DNA of 64,000 nt. Origin: Yuukianura sp. NJ FZ-2021. Taxonomy: Eukaryota. This document shows, one piece after another, positions 11,801 through 25,344 of the stretch. The position numbers and the translations under genes were made by a program. The notes under the pieces were generated by a model that saw only the letters and a program-made list of their open reading frames with translations, had not been told where the DNA came from and made no database searches. The DNA lies in the NCBI GenBank assembly GCA_046563655.1, contig CM102284.1, positions 7,936,001 through 8,000,000 on the forward strand. Reading direction: 5' to 3'. The stretch's first letter is position 1. Every line of letters starts with the position of its first letter.

Positions 11801-14800
11801 CAAAATATCGGAGTGCAATTTTCAGTTCTCAGATAGCTCAGAATGATTTTTGGGGAGTTTTGAATGAAAAAAATGAATTTTTTGACAAAAGTTGAGATTG
11901 GTTCACTTCAGATTGGCTTTCCGAGGCAAAATATCGGAGTGCAATTTTCAGTTCTCAGAAAGCTCAGAATGGCTTTTTGGGGAGCTTTGAATGAACAAAA
12001 TGGAATTTTTTGACAAAAATTGAGATTGGTTCACTTCAGATTGGCTTTCCGAGGCAAAATATCGGAGTGCAATTTTCAGTTCTCAGATAGCTCAGAATGA
12101 CTTTTTGGGGAGTTTTCAATGAAAAAAATGGATTTTTTGACAAAAATTGAGATTGGTTCACTTCAGATTGGCTTTCCGAGGCAAAATATCGGAGTGCAAT
12201 TTTCAGTTCTCAAATAGCTCATAATGTCTTTTTGGGGAGTTTTGAATGAAAAAAATGAATTTTTTGACAAAAGTTGAGATTGGTTCACTTCAGATTGGCT
12301 TTCCGAATCAAAATATCGGAGTGCAATTTTCAGTTCTCAGAAAGCTCAGAATGACTTTTTGGGGAGTTTTGAATGAAAATATTTAATTTTTTGACAAAAA
12401 TTGAGATTGGTTCACTTCAGATGGGCTTTCCGAGGCAAAATATCGGAGTGCAATTTTCAGTTCTCAGATAGCTCAGAATGACTTTTTGCGGAGTTTTCAA
12501 TAAAAAAAAATGGATTTTTTGACAAAAATTGAGATTGGTTCACTTCAGATTGGCTTTCCGAAGCAAAATATCGGAGTGCAATTTTCAGTTCTCAGATAGC
12601 TCAGAATGACTTTTTGGGGAGTTTTGAATGAAAAAAAAAATGAATTTTTTGACAAAAGTTGAGATTGGTTCACTTCAGATTGGCTTTCCGAGGCAAAATA
12701 TCGGAGTGGAATTTTCAGTTCTCAGAAAGCTCAGAATGACTTTTTGGAGAGTCTTGAATGAAAAAATTAATTTTTTGACAAAAATTGAGCTTGGTTCGCT
12801 TCAGATGGGCTTTCCGAGGCAAAATATCGGAGTGCAATTTTCAGTTCTCTGATAGCTCAGAATGACTTTTTGGGGAGCTTTGAATGAACAAAATGGAATT
12901 TTTTGACAAAAATTGAGATTGGTTCACTTCAGATGTTCTTTCCGAGGCAAAATATCGGAGTGCAATTTTCAGTTCTCAGATAGCTCAGAATGACTTTTGG
13001 GGAGTTTTCAATGAAAAAAATGGATTTTTTGACAAAAATTGAGATTGGTTCGCTTCAGATGGGCTTTCCGAGGCAAAATATCGGAGTGCAATTTTCAGTT
13101 CTCAGAAAGCTCAGAATGACTTTTTGGGGAGTTTTGAATGAAAAAAATTAATTTTTTGACAAAAATTGAGATTGGTTTACTTCAGATGGGCTTTCCGAGG
13201 CAAAATATCGGAGTGCAATTTTCAGTTCTCAGATAGCTCAGAATGACTTTTGGGGAGTTTTCAATGAAAAAAATGGATTTTTTGACAAAAATTGAGATTG
13301 GTTCACTTCAGATTGGCTTTCCGAAGCAAAATATCGGAGTGCAATTTTCAGTTCTCAGATAGCTCAGAATGACTTTTTGGGGAGTTTTGAATGAAAAAAA
13401 AAATGAATTTTTTGACAAAAGTGGTTCACTTCAGATTGGCTTTCCGAAGCAAAATATCGGAGTCCAATTTTCAGTTCTCAGAAAGCTCAGAATGACTTTT
13501 TGGGGAGTTTTGAATGAAAAAAATTAATTTTTTGACAAAAATTGAGATTGGTTTACTTCAGATGGGCTTTCCGAGGCAAAATATCGGAGTGCAATTTTCA
13601 GTTCTCAGATAGCTCAGAATGACTTTTTGGGGAGTTTTCAATGAAAAAATGGATTTTTTGACAAAAATTGAGATTGGTTCACTTCAGATTGGCTTTCAGA
13701 GGCAAAATATCGGAGTGCAATTTTCAGTTCTCAAATAGCTCAGAATGACTTTTTGGGGAGTTTTGAATGAAAAAAAATTAATTTTTTGACAAAAGTTGAG
13801 CTTGGTTCACTTCAAATGTGCTTTCCGAGGCAAAATATCGGAGTGCAATTTTCAGTTCTCAGATAGCTCAGAATGACTTTTTGGGGAGTTTTGAATGAAA
13901 AAAATTGATTTTTTGACAAAAATTGAGCTTGGTTCGCTTCAGATGGGCTTTCCGAGGCAAAATATCGGAGTGCAATTTTCAGTTCTCTGATAGCTCAGAA
14001 TGACTTTTTGGGGAGCTTTGAATGAACAAAATGGAATTTTTTGACAAAAATTGAGATTGGTTCACTTCAGATGTTCTTTCCGAGGCAAAATATCGGAGTG
14101 CAATTTTCAGTTCTCAGATAGCTCAGAATGACTTTTGGGGAGTTTTCAATGAAAAAAATGGATTTTTTGACAAAAATTGAGATTGGTTCACTTCAGATGG
14201 GCTTTCCGAGGCAAAATATCGGAGTGCAATTTTCAGTTCTCAGATAGCTCAGAATGACTTTTTGCGGAGTTTTCAATAAAAAAAATGGATTTTTTGACAA
14301 AAATTGAGATTGGTTCACTTCAGATTGGCTTTCCGAAGCAAAATATCGGAGTGCAATTTTCAGTTCTCAGATAGCTCAGAATGACTTTTTGGGGAGTTTT
14401 GAATGAAAAAAATGAATTTTTTGACAAAAGTTGAGATTGGTTCACTTCAGATTGGCTTTCCGAGGCAAAATATCGGAATGCAATTTTCAGTTCTCAGAAA
14501 GCTCAGAATGACTTTTTGGAGAGTTTTGAATGAAAAAAATTAATTTTTTGACAAAAATTGAGATTGGCTCGCTTCAGATGGGCTTTCCGAGGCAAAATAT
14601 CGGAGTGCAATTTTCAGTTCTCAGATAGCTCAGAATGACTTTTTGTGGAGCTTTGAATGAACAAAATGGAATTTTTTGACAAAAATTGAGATTGGTTCAC
14701 TTAAGATGGGCTTTCCGAGGCAAAATATCGGAGTGCAATTTTCAGTTCTCAGATAGCTCAGAATGACTTTTGGGGAGTTTTCAATGAAAAAAATGGATTT

Positions 14801-16744
14801 TTTGACAAAAATTGAGATTGGTTCGCTTCAGATGGGCTTTCCGAGGCAAAATATCGGAGTGCAATTTTCAGTTCTCAGAAAGCTCAGAATGACTTTTTGG
14901 GGAGTTTTGAATGAAAAAAATTAATTTTTTGACAAAAATTGAGATTGGTTTACTTCAGATGGGCTTTCCGAGGCAAAATATCGGAGTGCAATTTTCAGTT
15001 CTCAGAAAGCTCAGAATGAATTTTTGGGGAGTTTTGAATGAAAAAAAAAATAATTTTTTGACAAAAATTGAGCTTGGTTCGCTTCAGATGGGTTTTCCGA
15101 GGCAAAATATCGGAGTGCAATTTTCAGTTCTCAGATAGCTCAGAATGACTTTTTGGGGAGTTTTCAATGAAAAAATGGATTTTTTGACAAAAATTGAGAT
15201 TGGTTCACTTCAGATTGGCTTTCCGAGGCAAAATATCGGAGTGCAATTTTCAGTTCTCAGATAGCTCAGAATGACTTTTTGGGGAACTTTGAATGAACAA
15301 AATGGAATTTTTTGACAAAAATTGAGATTGGTTCACTTCAGATGGGCTTTCCGATGCAAAATATCGGAGTGCAATTTTCAGTTCGCAGGTAGCTCAGAAT
15401 GACTTTTTGCGGAGTTTTCAATAAAAAAAATGGATTTTTTGACAAAAATTGAGATTGGTTCACTTCAGATTGGCTTTCCGAAGCAAAATATCGGAGTGCA
15501 ATTTTCAGTTCTCAGAAAGCTCAGAATGACTTTTTGGGGAGTTTTGAATGAAAACAAAAATGAATTTTTTGACAAAAGTTGAGATTGGTTCACTTCAGAT
15601 TGGCTTTCCGAGGCAAAATATCGGAGTGCAATTTTCAGTTCTCAGAAAGCTCAGAATGACTTTTTGGGGAGTTTTGAATGAAAAAAATTAATTTTTTGAC
15701 AAAAATTGAGATTGGCTCGCTTCAGATGGGCTTTCCGAGGCAAAATATCGGAGTGCAATTTTCAGTTCTCAGATAGCTCAGAATGACTTTTTGGGGAGCT
15801 TTGAATGAACAAAATGGAATTTTTTGACAAAAATTGAGATTGGTTCACTTCAGATGGGCTTTCCGAGGCAAAATATCGGAGTGCAATTTTCAGTTCTCAG
15901 ATAGCTCAGAATGACTTTTTGCGGAGTTTTCAATGAAAAAAATGGATTTTTTGACAAAAATTGAGATTGGTTCGCTTCAGATGGGCTTTCCGAGGCAAAA
16001 TATCGGAGTGCAATTTTCAGTTCTCAGAAAGCTCAGAATGACTTTTTGGGGAGTTTTGAATGAAAAAAATTAATTTTTTGACAAAAATTGAGATTCGTTT
16101 ACTTCAGATGGGCTTTCCGAGGCAAAATATCGGAGTGCAATTTTCAGTTCTCAGATAGCTCAGAATGAATTTTTGGGGAGTTTTGAATGAAAAAAAAAAT
16201 AATTTTTTGACAAAAATTGAGCTTGGTTCGCTTCAGATGAGCTTTCCGAGGCAAAATATCGGAGTGTAATTTTCAGTTCTCAGATAGCTCAGAATGACTT
16301 TTTGGGGAGTTTTGAATGAAAAAAACTGATTTTTTGACAAAAATTGAGATCGGTTCACTTCAGATTGGCTTTCCGAGGCAAAATATCGGAGTGCAATTTT
16401 CAGTTCGCTGATAGCTCAGAATGATTTTTGGGGAGTTTTGAATGAAAAAAATGAATTTTTTGACAAAAATTGAGCTTGGTTCACTTCAGATGGGCTTTCC
16501 GAAGCAAAATATCGGAGTGCAATTTTCAGTTCTCAGATAGCTCAGAATGACTTTTTGGGGAGTTTTGAATGAAAAAAATTGATTTTTTGACAAAAATTGA
16601 GATTGGTTCACTTCAGATTGGCTTTCCGAGGCAAAATATCGGAGTGCAATTTTCAGTTCTCAGATAGCTCAGAATGACTTTTTGGGGAGTCTTGAATGAA
16701 AAAAATGAATTTTTTGACAAAATTGAGATTGGTTCACTTCAGAT
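2815..16744. repeat. Tandem satellite array, ~127-bp monomer, ~110 copies
   Basis: Approximate consensus: GAATGAAAAAAATGAATTTTTTGACAAAARTTGAGMTTGGTTCRCTTCAGATKGGCTTTCCGAGGCAAAATATCGGAGTGCAATTTTCAGTTCTCAGAWAGCTCAGAATGACTTTTTGGGGAGTTTT. Period 126-128 bp (e.g. CAGAT at 3771, 3897, 4025, 4153, 4281). Confidence 0.99.
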
Positions 16745-16750
16745 CTGAAA

Positions 16751-18987
16751 TTTGTTATATCCCCGCGCCGAAGGCGCGCGTTAGGTTTGGTTAGCATAAT
16801 AACAATAATTTCTAATCTCCATTGGTTGCATAATATATGTGCAATTTACACTAGAATCTTAATTAATCAATCTTATTAAGAAGGGGGTGTGACCGTCAAA
16901 AACGGATTTCAGATTTGAAATCTAGCATGTTATAAGTGGAATGGAAAATTGGATGAAGAATGTTTTCAACAAACGCAAGTATTTTTAAAAAAAATTATTT
17001 AAGAAGAGGCAGACACAGCTGCCCAAAAGCATCAAAAAGCGTCTGACGACGATTTGCTGGGGGATCTATTTGATGGATTTGATGAATTCACACTAGATGA
17101 GACCAGTTTAACGTAGAGTCTAGTACGTTTTCACACAATTCCAACTCTTGATTGAAAAAAATTTTTAGTTTTCAGGAAAAGACGAATTTTGTTTTTCAAA
17201 ATCTTGCGAAATTTCCTAGATAAGACGCGTCTTGTAGTCGAGGAAATACGGTACTATTTTTAAATTGCGCGTATTCTAAACAGTATCATCGGAGTAGCGA
17301 AAGGGAGCTGTTCTCGTTGAATGAGATTTTTCCTGAAATTAATAGACAGCGTCCGGGAGAACTGTGAGTTTAAGTTTCTTCACTTCGTTACGCTTTGTTT
17401 GAAATGTAGTGGATCCGATTTCCGTTTCCTTTGAAGCGTTTGTTTAATAGGATTAAGCGTTATTTTAAAGTTTTGAACTGGCTCAGGAAACGAAAAGATT
17501 AGCACAGTTTTAGTAGATCTCTACATTTTCGACATTTTATCAACCGATGGATACCCAGTGGTAGAAATGGATGAATCCAAAAGGGCGGAGCTTTGCCAGT
17601 GGGGTTTGAATTGAATAAAAAAAAACGGCTGTAAGTTCGTAAGTAACGTAAGGGCTTCGACCTGGTCAGCGTGTCGGGGAATGAGGGAATTCAGTTGCGA
17701 CCCCGTGTCAGTGGGTGTTCACCGATAAAAAAAAAGATCTTGGAAATGTTGAACCGTTTCGGAGATAAACGCTGCTGACGCAGCGCCACTTCCCAAGGGG
17801 GAGTGGGTTCCCCCCACTTTCTCGCCCCCCCCCCCAAGGAGGAGTTAGGTAACTATTTCGTTATATATAAAGTTATTTGAAATATCTCGTCCTAACAAAA
17901 ACGAAGGAAAACGTTTCCTATCATGTTATAATTTCAAATTATAATTGAACGAATTTTTGTAAAATATGCACCACAAGAGAAGCCACTTAACGTATTTAGT
18001 TTACCACCTTATGTGGCCACCAGGGAATGAAACTGTTAATTTTGGATTGGGGTTCTAGTAAGGCGATCGGAAGGTTCCTATAGCAATGAAAAAGTTTTCC
18101 TTCAATAGGTTTGGCAATAAGTCCTGTTTACGAAAAATCCAACTCCGAACTATTTTCTCCGCCAATTTTCCGCCAAGCCCACTTGATTACATATAAATCA
18201 TTGTCATAGGAAGGCACGGTGAAGCAAGTTTTCCTAATTTTTTAACGAATTTTAAAAAGTTCTTGTTATTGCCTAACCTGTTGAAGCGAAACTATTTTCT
18301 TGTTTACGAACCTTGCTTTAAGTCCACGGCTTCTGTTCAAATCTGCTATGCAATAGACAACGTCATGTTTTGATAGTGGTATATGAATTATGACACCTAC
18401 ATTCGCGATGTAAGGTTTGTACGTCGGCGTTTGGATTTTTCAAAATTGAATTGCATTGTAGCTTTGAGAGGTGTTCGGACCTTAAAGAATTGAGTTGAAA
18501 TGTAACATTCAAATGCCGTTGAATTTTGAAAAACTTGGTTGAAATGTAACTTTAAGAGGTAATCATATTTGGAAGAATAGAGTTTGAATGCTTTTTATCA
18601 ATGGATTTATCGTTATGGTACACATTAGGCCGATTGAACGGGGCTGGGGCGGGACCCCAGCAGTTAGGTTTTAACGACTGCAAATGCGGTATTACTAAAA
18701 AAAAACGTATTGGGTATTTGAAGACAAGCGGAAAATATATTCGCACAGGTAAATGTTTTTTGCGGGTGACAGACAGACAGACAGAGAGACGTCGAATCAA
18801 CAAAACAATTTACATGCGTATTATTTCAAACTTCCGAATTTTCTTGCAAGTTTGTTTACAAACAAATTTTGTGCAACTTAAGTTAAACCAAAAATCTGTT
18901 TGGGGATTCTTCCGCGGAGCCATTCAATTGTTGCTGTTATATGCTAACCAAACCTAACTCGCGCCTTCGGCGCGGGGGTATAACAAA
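16751..18987. mobile_element. Degenerate non-autonomous DNA element or composite bounded by 48-bp inverted repeats containing a CGCGCC-GAA-GGCGCG hairpin
   Basis: 16751-16798 and 18940-18987 are reverse complements (46/48). Interior has a (GACA)n tract at ~18768-18785. No TSD seen. Confidence 0.55.
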
Positions 18988-20181
18988 CTACAATTCTTGG
19001 TATCCATTGGTTACACTTGGAATTCTCATTCATTATGTGAAATTCACATCGTTAATTAGAATCTTAATTAATAAATCTTACCAAGAAGGAGGTGCGACCG
19101 CCAAAAACGGATTTCAGATTCAGAATCTACACCCAAGAGTTGATATAAAATGATGTTTTAATCGTAAAAAATCGAGTGGCCGTTTTGCCGAATATAAGCC
19201 ACGTACCTACACGAGAGACGAGAGTATGAAGGCAGTCTGCGACAGAGGGCCCTATTATTATTAATAACTTAAATAATCTTTAATACTCAACGATAAAGTC
19301 ATACACCTCCTGGCGCTTCTTTGCTACGTCTTCCTTAGTAAGCCGTAGAAAAACTGACTAAAACACCACTAATTAATTAATTACGTCTGCGCAGGGTCAA
19401 TCGTAGTAGAAGTGATATCGCTGCCTTCCGTCACTGAAAAATATGCAATTTTACGGATTAGCACCTTCTAAAACATTTCGCCAAGCTACAAAGCATATAG
19501 TCACAAATGAGAAATGAGGGCATGGCTAACCTTGAAGCTTACAATTTTGTTGTGGTGTTTGTTCAAAAGTCAAAGCTTTTCCCTGTCTACTTGAAGAAAG
19601 AGGAACAAGAAACCACTCTATTGAAGAAGAATCACTAGAGTTGTCTCCGTCAGAATCATGAAATGCGTAAGTAATTCCTTCCTCTATCACCTCTTTGACA
19701 TCCATAGCTGACTGAAATCAAAACACATTGAATTAAAAAACAATGAAACCAAAAGTACTAGAAGAGTCCCACAACTGAAGTTGGGAAAGTTTGACGTCAT
19801 TAAAGTAACTTTTCCTGGAAGCATTAAATTTTTAGAAAAGTGACATACTACATCATATTGTTTAAAATACACGAAATGTTTACCGCGTGTTACACTATTG
19901 TAAGGAAATCAACGACCTTTAATTTTTCCGTTACATTTCTTCTTTTGTCTTAGTCATAACTTTTGCGAATTGTAAAGTTAGCATGCAAAAACATATTCAT
20001 TGTCATGTTACATTGGGGCCCATAATGTATCCAGTCCAAACTAGTTTGTTTCATTGTATCCTTTGTCATGTTACTTAAAATACACTTTTATGTAAAAGTG
20101 GAGTAACCAGTAAGTCCTAGTTTCCGGGTCCTGAGAGCCCTATAAAAGGACTCAGTTCCCTGTTCAGTGTTAAATAATCTT

Positions 20182-20211
20182 TAACCTAACCTAACCTAAC
20201 CTAACCTAACC
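20182..20211. repeat. Interstitial arthropod telomere-type repeat (TAACC/TTAGG)x6
   Basis: TAACCTAACCTAACCTAACCTAACCTAACC read directly. Confidence 0.85.
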
Positions 20212-21060
20212 TTTTGACTTAAATTTTACTCCTGTGTATCGCTGGAACCATGGCGGCGGCTCTTGGTCTACTGGAGAACAGTTCAGTCAACATAGTCGCA
20301 AGCATGTTAATCTCACTTCTCATAGGACCAATCATGGCGGCGGGTTGCTTCGGAGCAGTCGTAGGGGACAAGAAGTTAGTGAAAACTGGAGTTTTGAGTG
20401 AGCTGATTGGGCTGTCAATTTGCTTGTTAATTAGCTTCATATTTGGAGTCTGCTTTACTTCTGCGCCGTTTGCTGGTCCATGGGCTTCTCTGAAACATTG
20501 GCCAACTGATGAAATGCTGGGACGAGGAAAGATCAGAAGTGTTGTCGTTGGTGCTTTTGTGCCAATTCCTTAGGGTGCTGGTGTCGCTCTGTCTATTTTG
20601 GCCGGAAATGCTGGATCGCTTTTAGGAGTGGCCATTTCAGCGTCTCTTCTTCCTCCTGCAGTCAACTGTATGTTCCTGGGAATGAGTGCCGTGATTACCG
20701 TAAAACTCCAATTGGCCGCGGCTACAATCCTTATGCGACTCCTTGCGACAGTTACGCTGGAGATGGGAACCAATCAGATTATATCTCTTCCGACTCACGC
20801 GTGAAGGCTACGACGTTCCGCATGTTTACTGCAAAAATGTCGTCATGGAGTACTGCCTTCTCGGAATCGTCAGTTTAGATCTCACCATCGTCAACATTAT
20901 GCTCATTCTCTCTCATCAGTGCATTTCTCATTGTAAAGCTCACCGCCTCACACAACTCGACAGAACGTAAACCGATTTTGGAAGGAAGATCTCAAGGTCA
21001 TGCGAGAGTACAACATAACTCACGGCAGTTTCAATAAGCAAGCAATTCTTGCTGAAATTG
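20212..21060 (+). pseudogene. DUF389-family membrane protein pseudogene (5'-truncated, no introns seen)
   Basis: Motifs GLLENSSVNIVASMLIS..GPIMA and GVAISASLLPPAVN. In-frame TAG at 20571-20573 (IP*GAGVAL) plus frameshifts near 20220 and after ~20700. Confidence 0.75.
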
Positions 21061-21527
21061 GCGGTACACATAATGCTGCTGAAATTTTAGACTCTCCTCT
21101 ATTAAACTTATTTTATACTCATTAATTAAGAAATTCTTTTTTTTTTTCGATACTGTGACGTCATTTCGGCAAAGTTAATGGCTTAGCAACCAAGCAACCT
21201 CGGAAAGCGTCACCTGTAATATTCTAACACCTTGGGATGGGGATGACCCTGTAATTTCACTCGGAGTGACATCACTGCGAGTGAAATTGTAAACAACTCA
21301 AGTATCGGTTTTGGTCGCTAAGGCATTATTGCCACCCCTGACTACGCTGTACCATTTAGTCCGATCCGTTCGTACATTTGCGTTCAGTCATCGAAATTGC
21401 TATTAGCAACCCAACTTTTTCGAATTAAACAAAGGATCAAAAATAAAAATTCAAACTATAGATTTCATTCCCAAATTCTATCCAAAACAAGATAATAAAA
21501 ATATTTCAAAATTTGGAAAATTTAAAA

Positions 21528-22921
21528 ATGTCAAGTACTGTTCGAGAAAGAATTTCCTGGAAAACGTTGAGACGTGTCCTCAGCGTTACTGATGTTCGTC
21601 AGCATGATCCGTCAATTCCTAAAAATGCAAAAACTTCAGGCACATCGATTTGCTTGAAAGCAGTTCTCTCTCATCCCATACTTGACCTCAGCTCACTTCC
21701 AGTTGTCGCCACAACGTTCGCTATCCTATTGGTAAACAACATTCACCAATCGCTGACGATGTCAGCGATGCAGCGTCAGCTCTCGAGAACGTCAGCCTGA
21801 CGTTCAGTTCTCAAAAACGTCAGCCTGACGTTGATGAGGAGAGCTTAACCTTTGACCTAGCCGACATGACAATGGAGTGGACAATCGAATGTGAGCTGTT
21901 TGGGTGTAACACCTTGCTTGTTCTGCTTTTATTGTAGATCGTAGTTTACAATTGTGCTGAACGATGGGGAGTCACGGAAGAGGAACAAGTTGCAGTAAGC
22001 TGGCGACAAGTGGTGATAGAGCGACAAGCATGGCGTCTGTTCGTGGCCCACTACTTCCATTTCAGCCGAGTCCAGTTCATGATCAATGTCACAAGTCTGA
22101 TGGCCCTCGGTAAAAGAAATCACAATATTAGGAATCAACTTGATTCAATCAACTTACAACATATCGATTATTCATTAATTTAGGAAGATACGTGGAGAGA
22201 AAGATCCGCACTATTCCAATGATTCTGCTGATTCTGATGATGGGGTTGCTGGGAAACGTTTTTCACATGATTTTGTGCGTCTACATTTGTGAAAATCCGG
22301 AAGATCACTACACAACAGGATTCTCACGTGACTATTAAAGATTAACTCATTTAAGCTATTGATCTAATTTGAAGCGTAATCGCTGTTTAATGTCCAGACG
22401 CCATATTTGCACTGAAGATGATCCAAGTTTTGTCCAAGGACGCTGGAAAACGGCGTGGCCCGACGCTGATGATGGGTGTCATTCCAGTGTATCTCGGTAG
22501 TTTTGCTCCTTGGGAACCCTTGTTCGAGGGAGTTTTGTCTGATGTGCTGGTCAAAGGCAAGCATTTTGCATCTCACGTTTCAGGAGTACTGGCTGGATTG
22601 TGCTTTCCTCTTCTGGATTACTTCTGGCACGATCACATGCTGGTCCCGCCTCTGGTGGTGCTTGACTTTACTCCGTCCAGTGGATCTCAAGGTCAACTGA
22701 ATCGCTGTCAAAGTAAAACAAGTTCGGAGGAACAGCTCGGTCGAGTCATGAATGTTCTGAGAGAGGAGGAGACTCGTGTGCCACTATTCCATGAACTACC
22801 GAGTAACGACACTGTGATGCTGTTCAGTCGGCGTGAACCCATGAAGGAAACGTCACTGCACAACCAGTATGTATCAAAATCAGACTCCTATTTATTGGTG
22901 AAAGGGAGACAAACTTATTAA
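21528..22921 (+). CDS. Rhomboid-family intramembrane protease, RHBDD1/RHBDL4-like (4 exons: ~21528-21731, 21938-22109, 22184-22327, 22398-22921)
   Basis: Spliced translation gives WRLFVAHYFH, GFSHAIFALKMI and FASHVSGVLAG. GT-AG introns keep the frame. Confidence 0.75.
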
Positions 22922-23061
22922 AATCTCTGAGACTAAATTAAATCAAAATATTTCATGCTTAATCAAAATAGTAATACTAACGATAACCGATAACCTTTAA
23001 TGAATTCTGTACTTTACCGATTTTGCTGAATTCGCTCCTAACTACACCGAATCTGTTCGAC

Positions 23062-24653
<1,592 letters not shown>

Positions 24654-25344
24654 ATTCAAACCCAAATCACAAATTCAATTAGCAAACTAAATTAATCAAC
24701 TTCAGTTTAATTTGATTTGAAATGAAAACTTAAAAATCCAAGAACGAAAGGGGCTTTTGTCTTTTCAAAATTCAAAATTTAATTTGTTTTGTTTTTTGTT
24801 TTTCAGTTTCTCAGGAATTCGAAATTATTTTTCCCGCGAAAACTGAGTTTGAAAAAGTCTCATCCTGCCTCACTCTCTCTCACTCTCTTTACAATCTCAA
24901 AGTGCCCCAAAATTTCCCGAAAAACGCGGGAATGTACATTTTTGAATTTTGCAAACCCCGCCTCCTTGGAACTGTCAAATCCAATAGGAGAACAACACAT
25001 GATTTTGGCCTTTGCAAAAGATTAGTTTACATGTTTCGATTAGTGATTTTCACACTCGACACTCGAGGAGAATCCCCACTTACCAGTGTCAAACGCAAAC
25101 CAGAAACCAATTGATTTAATTGGGATAATTTTTAATTAAATCAAAGTGTAATCCTCCGGCAGGAGAGCAACATCCTCCAGTTGGAACTGGTACTCTCACT
25201 CTGTCTGTCTCACACAAGTCTACTCGAAACAAGGATTTTTGCTGTTGTTTTTGCGGATGGTAAACCTTCAGCTTCAACGTTTGGTATTCTGAAACTTAGA
25301 CCAAAAGTGACAAGTTTAATAACAATCCCTTGGAAAAACGGAAG
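24654..25344. promoter_or_regulatory. Probable bidirectional promoter region between NKAP and DNAJC3
   Basis: Head-to-head start codons ~690 bp apart. Inferred from gene arrangement only. Confidence 0.5.

Noticed and set aside
12628-15138. ORFs 12628-12852 and 14911-15138
   Set aside because: Chance open frames across satellite monomers.
2815-16744. CRISPR-like array
   Set aside because: Continuous tandem monomers with no unique spacers, no cas genes, and a eukaryotic context.
17020-17255. Possible pogo/Tc1-type right end (…GAGGAAATACGGTA) after an acidic coding-like remnant
   Set aside because: No matching left TIR or transposase in the window; too degenerate to call.
20571-20573. Programmed readthrough of the in-frame TAG in the DUF389 sequence
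   Set aside because: Additional frameshifts and the 5' truncation indicate simple pseudogenisation.
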